In this document: piece by piece, positions 1 through 13,800 of the stretch
How positions within the stretch are numbered: the stretch's first letter is position 1
Layout: every line of letters starts with the position of its first letter
From: Macrostomum lignano
Taxonomy: Eukaryota
NCBI GenBank assembly: GCA_002269645.1
Contig: NIVC01001634.1
Span: forward strand, 162,857 to 226,856
DNA length: 64,000 nucleotides
Direction: 5' to 3'
Position numbers and translations under genes: made by a program
Notes under the pieces: model-generated
The model's database searches: none
Told to the model about the DNA's origin: nothing
The model's input: the letters and a program-made list of their open reading frames with translations, nothing else

Positions 1-727
1 TTTCAAAGCAAATTTACTGAGCTTCCAAACAAATGGTCACATGTGGATAATAGTAACGAAAAAACAGCCCAGTCCAGGTTAAAGTTTCAGGAGTCCATGA
101 ACTGCCTGTAAATTTTCTACATTTCCATGAATTTTGTAACAAATCTACGTCAGGAGCAAGAGGTGGAGGGGTCAACAGGTGCATTCGTGCAGCAAGTTTA
201 GGCGGGAGCTTCTGTTTATTATAGCAACACAAACAGCTCCTTTCTAAAGCTTCTTTTTGCAGACCTGCTCAACGGCTCTCGAGTCTGATGCAGAGCATGC
301 TGTACAATCACAATGGTATTTTGAGTCAAGCTGTATAGGGTTCAAGATTGCGTAATATACGATAATATACGACCTCTGCACCTCACGCGCTATCTGTCTG
401 CGTTTTGTTATCTCGCCTGCGCACGTGATTCATGCTTGAAAGCCGTGGTTAGCCCAATGTGTTTACGACGTAATGTTTTTCTGGAGGTTTAGTACTTTCT
501 GGCGCCACCGGCTCTGACTCTTGCAAAGCCATAGACAAAACGCATAGTAAACAGGTGACTGCCTCTTAAGTCCCAATGCCAAATGGGGACACACTTCAGT
601 TGCTAAGCGGAACAAAGCTTGGTGACATGTTGAGCGATGATGCAATCGAGGACAGCTCTCTCCACGATATTCGGACAGCTGACAGCTATGATTGTAGAAC
701 CTGTTCGTTTGTAAATATTCCTGGTGC

Positions 728-1436
<709 letters not shown>

Positions 1437-1898
1437 TTAGTTTCTGTCTTAGTGTCTGTCCTGCGTCTGTCCTAATGTCTGTCTCAGTGTCTGTCTCAGT
1501 GCCTGTCCTAGTGTCTGTCCTAGTGTGTCTAAAATAATTGAAAAATACTGAGAAATGGAAAAGCCAAAAACGCACACACTAGAACACTAGTGAGGGGAGA
1601 ACAAAGAGCTGCTATTTGACGGGACGTGCTCGCGGAGCCACGAAAAACCTCGCCGCCCCCGCTGCCGCCCCGCCCTCCTAGCGCGGTTCGAAAATAATTG
1701 GGATTTGCGCAACACACCTCCTGAGGAGGTAGGGCGTTGTGAAGCAGACGACGCCTCTCAATGCAACGCAATGACCCATTACAGTTATATTTATGCTTTA
1801 GTAGACTGAACAGGCCACAGAATAGCATAGGCTGTAGAGGATGTGGAATATTTCCATTTGTGACTGCTCATGGGAAACTGTTGGGTTTTTGGCATACC

Positions 1899-4800
1899 TT
1901 CTCCCTCACTATCTACCTTGGTGTCTCGCCTCTCTCCCTCACTATCTACCTTGGTGTCTCGCCTCTCTCCCTCACTATCTACTTTGGTGTCTCGCCTCTC
2001 TCCCTCACTATCTACGTTGGTGTTTCACCTCTCTCCCTCACTATCTACTTTGGTGTCTCATCTGTCTCTCCCTCACTATCTACCTTGGTGTCTCGCCTCT
2101 CTCCCTCACTATCTACCTTGGTGTCTCGCCTCTCTCCCTCACTATCTACCTTGGTGTCTCGCCTCTCTCCCTCACTATCTACTTTGGTGTCTCGCCTCTC
2201 TCCCTCACTATCTACTTTGGTGTCTCGCCTCTCTCCCTCACTATCTACCTTGGTGTCTCGCCTCTCTCCCTCACTATCTACTTTGGTGTCTCGCCTCTCT
2301 CCCTCACTATCTACGTTGGTGTCTCACCTCTCTCACTCACTATCTACCTTGGTTTTTCACCTCTCTCCCTCACTATCTACGTTGGTGCCTCACCTCTCCC
2401 TCACTATCTACCTTGGTGTCTCACCTCTCTCCCTCACTATCTACCTTGGTGTCTCACCTCTCTCCCTCACTATCTACCTTGGTGTCTCACCTCTCCCTCA
2501 CTATCTACTTTGGTGTCTCATCTGTCTCTCTCTCACTATCTACCTTGGTGTCTCACCTCTCTCCCTCACTATCTACTTTGGTGTCTCACCTCTCTCCCTC
2601 ACTATCTACTTTGGTGTCTCATCTGTCTCTCCCTCACTATCTACCTTGGTGTCTCGCCTCTCTCCCTCACTATCTACCTTGGTGTCTCGCCTCTCTCCCT
2701 CACTATCTACCTTGGTGTCTCATCTGTCTCTCACTCACTATCTACGTTGGTGTTTCACCTCTCTCCCTCACTATCTACTTTGGTGTCTCACCTCTCTCAC
2801 TCACTATCTACGTTGGTGTTTCACCTCTCTCCCTCACTATCTACGTTGGTGTCTCACCTCTCTCACTCACTATCTACGTTGGTGTTTCACCTCTCTCCCT
2901 CACTATCTACCTTGGTGTTTCACCTCTCTCCCTCACTATCTACTTTGGTGCCTCATCTGTCTCTCCCTCACTATCTACCTTGGTGTCTCGCCTCTCTCCC
3001 TCACTATCTACCTTGGTGTCTCATCTGTCTCTCCCTCACTATCTACCTTGGTGTCTCGCCTCTCTCCCTCACTATCTACCTTGGTGTCTCGCCTCTCTCC
3101 CTCACTATCTACCTTGGTGTCTCATCTGTCTCTCCCTCACTATCTACCTTGGTGTCTCGCCTTTCTCCCTCACTATCTACTTTGGTGTCTCGCCTCTCTC
3201 CCTCACTATCTACTTTGGTGTCTCACCTCTCTCACTCACTATCTACGTTGGTGTTTCACCTCTCTCCCTCACTATCTACGTTGGTGTCTCACCTCTCTCA
3301 CTCACTATCTACGTTGGTGTTTCACCTCTCTCCCTCACTATCTACGTTGGTGTCTCACCTCTCTCACTCACTATCTACGTTGGTGTTTCACCTCTCTCCC
3401 TCACTATCTACCTTGGTGTCTCGCCTCTCTCCCTCACTATCTACTTTGGTGTCTCGCCTCTCTCCCTCACTATCTACCTTGGTGTCTCGCCTCTCTCCCT
3501 CACTATCTACTTTGGTGTCTCGCCTCTCTCCCTCACTATCTACGTTGGTGTCTCACCTCTCTCACTCACTATCTACCTTGGTTTTTCACCTCTCTCCCTC
3601 ACTATCTACGTTGGTGTCTCACCTCTCCCTCACTATCTACCTTGGTGTCTCACCTCTCTCCCTCACTATCTACCTTGGTGTCTCACCTCTCTCCCTCACT
3701 ATCTACCTTGGTGTCTCACCTCTCCCTCACTATCTACTTTGGTGTCTCATCTGTCTCTCTCTCACTATCTACCTTGGTGTCTCACCTCTCTCCCTCACTA
3801 TCTACTTTGGTGTCTCACCTCTCTCCCTCACTATCTACTTTGGTGTCTCATCTGTCTCTCCCTCACTATCTACCTTGGTGTCTCGCCTCTCTCCCTCACT
3901 ATCTACCTTGGTGTCTCACCTCTCTCCCTCACTATCTACCTTGGTGTCTCACCTCTCTCCCTCACTATCTACCTTGGTGTCTCACCTCTCCCTCACTATC
4001 TACTTTGGTGTCTCATCTGTCTCTCTCTCACTATCTACCTTGGTGTCTCACCTCTCTCCCTCACTATCTACTTTGGTGTCTCACCTCTCTCCCTCACTAT
4101 CTACTTTGGTGTCTCATCTGTCTCTCCCTCACTATCTACCTTGGTGTCTCGCCTCTCTCCCTCACTATCTACCTTGGTGTCTCACCTCTCTCCCTCACTA
4201 TCTACCTTGGTGTCTCGCCTCTCTCCCTCACTATCTACCTTGGTGTCTCGCCTCTCTTCCTCACTATCTACCTTGGTGTCTCGCCTCTCTCCCTCACTAT
4301 CTACTTTGGTGTCTCACTTCTCTCCCTCACTATCTACCTTGGTGTCTCGCCTCTCTCCCTCACTATCTACTTTGGTGTCTCACCTCTCTCCCTCACTATC
4401 TACCTTGGTGTCTCACCTCTCCCTCACTATCTACTTTGGTGTCTCATCTGTCTCTCTCTCACTATCTACCTTGGTGTCTCACCTCTCTCCCTCACTATCT
4501 ACTTTGGTGTCTCATCTGTCTCTCTCTCACTATCTACCTTGGTGTCTCGCCTCTCTCCCTCACTATCTACTTTGGTGTCTCACCTCTCTCCCTCACTATC
4601 TACTTTGGTGTCTCATCTGTCTCTCCCTCACTATCTACCTTGGTGTCTCGCCTCTCTCCCTCACTATCTACCTTGGTGTCTCACCTCTCTCCCTCACTAT
4701 CTACCTTGGTGTCTCGCCTCTCTCCCTCACTATCTACCTTGGTGTCTCGCCTCTCTTCCTCACTATCTACCTTGGTGTCTCGCCTCTCTCCCTCACTATC

Positions 4801-7800
4801 TACTTTGGTGTCTCACTTCTCTCCCTCACTATCTACCTTGGTGTCTCGCCTCTCTCCCTCACTATCTACTTTGGTGTCTCATCTGTCTCTCCCTCACTAT
4901 CTACCTTGGTGTCTCGCCTCTCTCCCTCACTATCTACTTTGGTGTCTCATCTGTCTCTCCCTCACTATCTACCTTGGTGTCTCGCCTCTCTCCCTCACTA
5001 TCTACCTTGGTGTCTCACCTCTCTCACTCACTATCTACGTTGGTGTTTCACCTCTCTCCCTCACTATCTACTTTGGTGTCTCACCTCTCTCACTCACTAT
5101 CTACGTTGGTGTTTCACCTCTCTCCCTCACTATCTACGTTGGTGTCTCACCTCTCTCACTCACTATCTACGTTGGTGTTTCACCTCTCTCCCTCACTATC
5201 TACCTTGGTGTTTCACCTCTCTCCCTCACTATCTACTTTGGTGTCTCATCTGTCTCTCCCTCACTATCTACCTTGGTGTCTCGCCTCTCTCCCTCACTAT
5301 CTACCTTGGTGTCTCATCTGTCTCTCCCTCACTATCTACCTTGGTGTCTCGCCTCTCTCCCTCACTATCTACCTTGGTGTCTCGCCTCTCTCCCTCACTA
5401 TCTACCTTGGTGTCTCATCTGTCTCTCCCTCACTATCTACCTTGGTGTCTCGCCTCTCTCCCTCACTATCTACTTTGGTGTCTCGCCTCTCTCCCTCACT
5501 ATCTACTTTGGTGTCTCACCTCTCTCACTCACTATCTACGTTGGTGTTTCACCTCTCTCCCTCACTATCTACGTTGGTGTCTCACCTCTCTCACTCACTA
5601 TCTACGTTGGTGTTTCACCTCTCTCCCTCACTATCTACTTTGGTGTCTCACCTCTCTCACTCACTATCTACTTTGGTGTCTCACCTCTCTCACTCACTAT
5701 CTACTTTGGTGTCTCACCTCTCTCACTCACTATCTACGTTGGTGTTTCACCTCTCTCCCTCACTATCTACCTTGGTGTCTCGCCTCTCTCCCTCACTATC
5801 TACTTTGGTGTCTCACCTCTCTCACTCACTATCTACGTTGGTGTTTCACCTCTCTCCCTCACTATCTACCTTGGTGTCTCGCCTCTCTCCCTCACTATCT
5901 ACGTTGGTGTTTCACCTCTCTCACTCACTATCTACTTTGGTGTCTCGCCTCTCTCCCTCACTATCTACCTTGGTGTTTCACCTCTCTCCCTCACTATCTA
6001 CCTTGGTGTCTCGCCTCTCTCACTCACTATCTACGTTGGTGTTTCACCTCTCTCACTCACTATCTACTTTGGTGTCTCGCCTCTCTCCCTCACTATCTAC
6101 GTTGGTGTTTCACCTCTCTCACTCACTATCTACTTTGGTGTCTCACCTCTCTCACTCACTATCTACGTTGGTGTTTCACCTCTCTCCCTCACTATCTACC
6201 TTGGTGTCTCGCCTCTCTCCTCACTATCTACGTTGGTGTTCACCTCTCTCCTCACTATCTACTTGGTGTCTCGCCTCTCTCCCTCACTATCTACCTTGGT
6301 GTCTCGCCTCTCTCCCTCACTATCTACTTTGGTGTCTCGCCTCTCTCCCTCACTATCTACGTTGGTGTCTCACCTCTCTCACTCACTATCTACCTTGGTT
6401 TTTCACCTCTCTCCCTCACTATCTACGTTGGTGTCTCACCTCTCCCTCACTATCTACCTTGGTGTCTCACCTCTCTCCCTCACTATCTACCTTGGTGTCT
6501 CACCTCTCTCCCTCACTATCTACCTTGGTGTCTCACCTCTCCCTCACTATCTACTTGGTGTCTCATCTGTCTCTCTCACTATCTACCTTGGTGTCTCACC
6601 TCTCTCCCTCACTATCTACTTTGGTGTCTCACCTCTCTCCCTCACTATCTACTTTGGTGTCTCATCTGTCTCTCCCTCACTATCTACCTTGGTGTCTCGC
6701 CTCTCTCCCTCACTATCTACTTGGTGTCTCACCTCTCTCCCTCACTATCTACCTTGGTGTCTCACCTCTCTCCCTCACTATCTACCTTGGTGTCTCACCT
6801 CTCCCTCACTATCTACTTTGGTGTCTCATCTGTCTCTCCTCACTATCTACCTTGGTGTCTCACCTCTCTCCCTCACTATCTACTTTGGTGTCTCACCTCT
6901 CTCCCTCACTATCTACTTGGTGTCTCATCTCTCTCCCTCACTATCTACCTTGGTGTCTCGCCTCTCTCCCTCACTATCTACCTTGGTGTCTCACCTCTCT
7001 CCCTCACTATCTACCTTGGTGTCTCGCCTCTCTCCCTCACTATCTACCTTGGTGTCTCGCCTCTCTCCCTCACTATCTACTTGGTGTCTCGCCTCTCTCC
7101 CTCACTATCTACCTTGGTGTCTCGCCTCTCTCCCTCACTATCTACTTGGTGTCTCGCTCTCTCCCTCACTATCTACCTTGGTGTCTCGCCTCTCTCCCTC
7201 ACTATCTACTTGGTGTCTCATCTGTCTCTCCCTCACTATCTACCTTGGTGTCTCGCTCTCTCCCTCACTATCTACCTTGGTGTCTCGCCTCTCTCCCTCA
7301 CTATCTACCTTGGTGTCTCGCTCTCTCCCTCACTATCTACCTTGGTGTCTCGCCTCTCTCCCTCACTATCTACCTTGGTGTCTCGCCTCTCTCCCTCACT
7401 ATCTACCTTGGTGTCTCGCCTCTCTCCCTCACTATCTACTTGGTGTCTCGCCTCTCTCCCTCACTATCTACTTTGGTGTCTCACCTCTCTCCTCACTATC
7501 TACTTGGTGTCTCACCTCTCTCCCTCACTATCTACTTGGTGTCTCACCTCTCTCCTCACTATCTACTTGGTGTTCACCTCTCTCCCTCACTATCTACTTG
7601 GTGTCTCACCTCTCTCCTCACTATCTACTTGGTGTCTCACCTCTCTCCCTCACTATCTACCTTGGTGTCTCACCTCTCTCCCTCACTATCTACTTGGTGT
7701 CTCACCTCTCTCCCTCACTATCTACCTTGGTGTCTCGCTCTCTCCCTCACTATCTACCTTGGTGTCTCATCTCTCTCCCTCACTATCTACCTTGGTGTCT

Positions 7801-10800
7801 CGCCTCTCTCCCTCACTATCTACCTTGGTGTCTCGCCTCTCTCCCTCACTATCTACCTTGGTGTCTCATCTCTCTCCCTCACTATCTACCTTGGTGTCTC
7901 GCCTCTCTCCCTCACTATCTACTTGGTGTCTCGCCTCTCTCCCTCACTATCTACTTGGTGTCTCACCTCTCTCCTCACTATCTACTTGGTGTTCACCTCT
8001 CTCCCTCACTATCTACTTGGTGTCTCACCTCTCTCCTCACTATCTACTTGGTGTCTCACCTCTCTCCCTCACTATCTACTTGGTGTCTCACCTCTCTCCT
8101 CACTATCTACTTTGGTGTCTCACCTCTCTCCCTCACTATCTACTTTGGTGTCTCACCTCTCTCCTCACTATCTACTTGGTGTCTCACCTCTCTCCCTCAC
8201 TATCTACCTTGGTGTCTCGCCTCTCTCCCTCACTATCTACTTTGGTGTCTCACCTCTCTCCTCACTATCTACTTGGTGTCTCACCTCTCTCCCTCACTAT
8301 CTACTTTGGTGTCTCGCCTCTCTCCTCACTATCTACCTTGGTGTCTCACCTCTCTCCCTCACTATCTACCTTGGTGTCTCGCCTCTCTCCCTCACTATCT
8401 ACCTTGGTGTCTCGCCTCTCTCCCTCACTATCTACCTTGGTGTCTCGCCTCTCTCCCTCACTATCTACTTTGGTGTCTCACTCTCTCCCTCACTATCTAC
8501 CTTGGTGTCTCGCCTCTCTCCCTCACTATCTACTTTGGTGTCTCATCTGTCTCTCCCTCACTATCTACCTTGGTGTCTCGCCTCTCTCCCTCACTATCTA
8601 CTTTGGTGTCTCATCTGTCTCTCCCTCACTATCTACCTTGGTGTCTCGCCTCTCTCCCTCACTATCTACCTTGGTGTCTCATCTGTCTCTCCCTCACTAT
8701 CTACCTTGGTGTCTCGCCTCTCTCCCTCACTATCTACCTTGGTGTCTCGCCTCTCTCCCTCACTATCTACCTTGGTGTCTCATCTGTCTCTCCCTCACTA
8801 TCTACCTTGGTGTCTCGCCTCTCTCCCTCACTATCTACTTGGTGTCTCGCCTCTCTCCCTCACTATCTACTTGGTGTCTCACCTCTCTCCTCACTATCTA
8901 CTTGGTGTCTCACCTCTCTCCCTCACTATCTACTTGGTGTCTCACCTCTCTCACTCACTATCTACGTTGGTGTTTCACCTCTCTCCCTCACTATCTACTT
9001 GGTGTCTCACCTCTCTCACTCACTATCTACGTTGGTGTTTCACCTCTCTCCCTCACTATCTACCTTGGTGTCTCACCTCTCTCCTCACTATCTACTTGGT
9101 GTCTCATCTCTCTCCCTCACTATCTACCTTGGTGTCTCGCCTCTCTCCCTCACTATCTACCTTGGTGTCTCATCTGTCTCTCCCTCACTATCTACCTTGG
9201 TGTCTCGCCTCTCTCCCTCACTATCTACCTTGGTGTCTCGCCTCTCTCCCTCACTATCTACCTTGGTGTCTCATCTCTCTCCCTCACTATCTACCTTGGT
9301 GTCTCGCCTCTCTCCCTCACTATCTACTTGGTGTCTCGCCTCTCTCCCTCACTATCTACTTTGGTGTCTCACCTCTCTCCTCACTATCTACTTGGTGTTC
9401 ACCTCTCTCCCTCACTATCTACTTGGTGTCTCACCTCTCTCACTCACTATCTACTTGGTGTTTCACCTCTCTCCCTCACTATCTACTTGGTGTCTCACCT
9501 CTCTCACTCACTATCTACTTGGTGTCTCACCTCTCTCCTCACTATCTACTTTGGTGTCTCACCTCTCTCACTCACTATCTACTTGGTGTCTCACCTCTCT
9601 CCCTCACTATCTACTTGGTGTCTCGCCTCTCTCCCTCACTATCTACTTGGTGTCTCACCTCTCTCCCTCACTATCTACTTGGTGTCTCACCTCTCTCCCT
9701 CACTATCTACTTGGTGTCTCGCCTCTCTCCCTCACTATCTACTTTGGTGTCTCGCCTCTCTCCCTCACTATCTACCTTGGTGTCTCGCCTCTCTCCCTCA
9801 CTATCTACTTTGGTGTCTCGCCTCTCTCCTCACTATCTACTTGGTGTTCACCTCTCTCCCTCACTATCTACTTGGTGTCTCACCTCTCTCCTCACTATCT
9901 ACTTGGTGTCTCACCTCTCCCTCACTATCTACCTTGGTGTCTCACCTCTCTCCCTCACTATCTACCTTGGTGTCTCACCTCTCTCCTCACTATCTACCTT
10001 GGTGTCTCACCTCTCTCCCTCACTATCTACTTGGTGTCTCACCTCTCTCCTCACTATCTACCTTGGTGTCTCACCTCTCTCCCTCACTATCTACTTTGGT
10101 GTCTCACCTCTCTCCCTCACTATCTACTTGGTGTCTCATCCTCTCTCCCTCACTATCTACCTTGGTGTCTCGCCTCTCTCCCTCACTATCTACCTTGGTG
10201 TCTCGCCTCTCTCCCTCACTATCTACCTTGGTGTCTCGCCTCTCTCCCTCACTATCTACCTTGGTGTCTCGCCTCTCTCCCTCACTATCTACTTGGTGTC
10301 TCGCCTCTCTCCTCACTATCTACTTGGTGTCTCGCCTCTCTCCCTCACTATCTACTTTGGTGTCTCACCTCTCCCTCACTATCTACTTGGTGTCTCACCT
10401 CTCTCCTCACTATCTACTTTGGTGTCTCACCTCTCTCCCTCACTATCTACCTTGGTGTCTCACCTCTCTCCCTCACTATCTACTTTGGTGTCTCATCTCT
10501 CTCTCACTATCTACCTTGGTGTCTCACCTCTCTCCCTCACTATCTACTTTGGTGTCTCACCTCTCTCCCTCACTATCTACCTTGGTGTCTCACCTCTCTC
10601 CCTCACTATCTACCTTGGTGTCTCGCCTCTCTCCCTCACTATCTACCTTGGTGTCTCACCTCTCTCCCTCACTATCTACCTTGGTGTCTCGCCTCTCTCC
10701 CTCACTATCTACCTTGGTGTCTCACCTCTCTCCCTCACTATCTACCTTGGTGTCTCGCCTCTCTCCCTCACTATCTACTTTGGTGTCTCACTCTCTCCCT

Positions 10801-13800
10801 CACTATCTACCTTGGTGTCTCGCCTCTCTCCCTCACTATCTACTTTGGTGTCTCATCTGTCTCTCCCTCACTATCTACCTTGGTGTCTCGCCTCTCTCCC
10901 TCACTATCTACTTTGGTGTCTCATCTGTCTCTCCCTCACTATCTACCTTGGTGTCTCGCCTCTCTCCCTCACTATCTACCTTGGTGTCTCATCTGTCTCT
11001 CCCTCACTATCTACCTTGGTGTCTCGCCTCTCTCCCTCACTATCTACCTTGGTGTCTCGCCTCTCTCCCTCACTATCTACCTTGGTGTCTCGCCTCTCTC
11101 CCTCACTATCTACCTTGGTGTCTCGCCTCTCTCCCTCACTATCTACTTGGTGTCTCACCTCTCTCCCTCACTATCTACTTGGTGTCTCACCTCTCTCCCT
11201 CACTATCTACTTGGTGTCTCACCTCTCTCCCTCACTATCTACTTGGTGTCTCACCTCTCTCACTCACTATCTACGTTGGTGTTCACCTCTCTCCCTCACT
11301 ATCTACTTGGTGTCTCACCTCTCTCCTCACTATCTACTTGGTGTTCACCTCTCTCCCTCACTATCTACCTTGGTGTCTCACCTCTCTCCCTCACTATCTA
11401 CTTGGTGTCTCACTCTCTCCCTCACTATCTACCTTGGTGTCTCGCCTCTCTCCCTCACTATCTACCTTGGTGTCTCATCCTCTCTCCCTCACTATCTACC
11501 TTGGTGTCTCGCCTCTCTCCCTCACTATCTACCTTGGTGTCTCATCCTCTCTCCCTCACTATCTACCTTGGTGTCTCGCCTCTCTCCCTCACTATCTACC
11601 TTGGTGTCTCGCCTCTCTCCCTCACTATCTACTTGGTGTCTCACCTCTCTCCCTCACTATCTACTTGGTGTCTCACCTCTCTCCTCACTATCTACGTTGG
11701 TGTCTCACCTCTCTCCCTCACTATCTACTTGGTGTCTCACCTCTCTCACTCACTATCTACTTGGTGTTTCACCTCTCTCCCTCACTATCTACTTTGGTGT
11801 CTCACCTCTCTCACTCACTATCTACTTGGTGTCTCACCTCTCTCCTCACTATCTACTTGGTGTCTCACCTCTCTCCTCACTATCTACTTGGTGTCTCACC
11901 TCTCTCCCTCACTATCTACTTTGGTGTCTCACCTCTCTCACTCACTATCTACGTTGGTGTTTCACCTCTCTCCCTCACTATCTACCTTGGTGTCTCGCCT
12001 CTCTCCCTCACTATCTACTTTGGTGTCTCGCCTCTCTCCCTCACTATCTACCTTGGTGTCTCGCCTCTCTCCCTCACTATCTACCTTGGTGTCTCGCCTC
12101 TCTCCCTCACTATCTACTTGGTGTCTCACCTCTCTCCCTCACTATCTACCTTGGTGTCTCACCTCTCTCCCTCACTATCTACCTTGGTGTCTCACCTCTC
12201 TCCCTCACTATCTACTTGGTGTCTCACCTCTCTCCCTCACTATCTACCTTGGTGTCTCGCCTCTCTCCCTCACTATCTACCTTGGTGTCTCACCTCTCTC
12301 CCTCACTATCTACCTTGGTGTCTCACTCTCTCCCTCACTATCTACCTTGGTGTCTCACCTCTCTCCCTCACTATCTACCTTGGTGTCTCACCTCTCTCCC
12401 TCACTATCTACTTTGGTGTCTCATCTACTCTCTCCCTCACTATCTACCTTGGTGTCTCGCCTCTCTCCCTCACTATCTACCTTGGTGTCTCACCTCTCTC
12501 CCTCACTATCTACCTTGGTGTCTCACCTCTCTCCCTCACTATCTACCTTGGTGTCTCACCTCTCCCTCACTATCTACTTGGTGTCTCATCCTCTCTCTCA
12601 CTATCTACCTTGGTGTCTCACCTCTCTCCCTCACTATCTACTTTGGTGTCTCACCTCTCTCCCTCACTATCTACTTGGTGTCTCATCTGTCTCTCCCTCA
12701 CTATCTACCTTGGTGTCTCGCCTCTCTCCCTCACTATCTACCTTGGTGTCTCACCTCTCTCCCTCACTATCTACCTTGGTGTCTCGCCTCTCTCCCTCAC
12801 TATCTACCTTGGTGTCTCGCCTCTCTCCCTCACTATCTACCTTGGTGTCTCGCCTCTCTCCCTCACTATCTACTTTGGTGTCTCACTCTCTCCCTCACTA
12901 TCTACCTTGGTGTCTCGCCTCTCTCCCTCACTATCTACTTTGGTGTCTCATCTGTCTCTCCCTCACTATCTACCTTGGTGTCTCGCCTCTCTCCCTCACT
13001 ATCTACTTTGGTGTCTCATCTGTCTCTCCCTCACTATCTACCTTGGTGTCTCGCCTCTCTCCCTCACTATCTACCTTGGTGTCTCATCTGTCTCTCCCTC
13101 ACTATCTACCTTGGTGTCTCGCCTCTCTCCCTCACTATCTACCTTGGTGTCTCGCCTCTCTCCCTCACTATCTACCTTGGTGTCTCGCTCTCCCTCACTA
13201 TCTACCTTGGTGTCTCGCCTCTCTCCCTCACTATCTACTTTGGTGTCTCGCCTCTCTCTCCCTCACTATCTACTTTGGTGTCTCACCTCTCTCCTCACTA
13301 TCTACTTGGTGTTCACCTCTCTCCCTCACTATCTACTTTGGTGTCTCACCTCTCTCACTCACTATCTACGTTGGTGTTTCACCTCTCTCCCTCACTATCT
13401 ACTTGGTGTCTCACCTCTCTCACTCACTATCTACCTTGGTGTTTCACCTCTCTCCCTCACTATCTACCTTGGTGTCACCTCTCTCCCTCACTATCTACTT
13501 TGGTGTCTCATCTCTCTCCCTCACTATCTACCTTGGTGTCTCGCCTCTCTCCCTCACTATCTACCTTGGTGTCTCATCTGTCTCTCCCTCACTATCTACC
13601 TTGGTGTCTCGCCTCTCTCCCTCACTATCTACCTTGGTGTCTCGCCTCTCTCCCTCACTATCTACCTTGGTGTCTCATCTGTCTCCCTCACTATCTACCT
13701 TGGTGTCTCGCCTCTCTCCCTCACTATCTACTTGGTGTCTCGCCTCTCTCCCTCACTATCTACTTGGTGTCTCACCTCTCTCCTCACTATCTACTTGGTG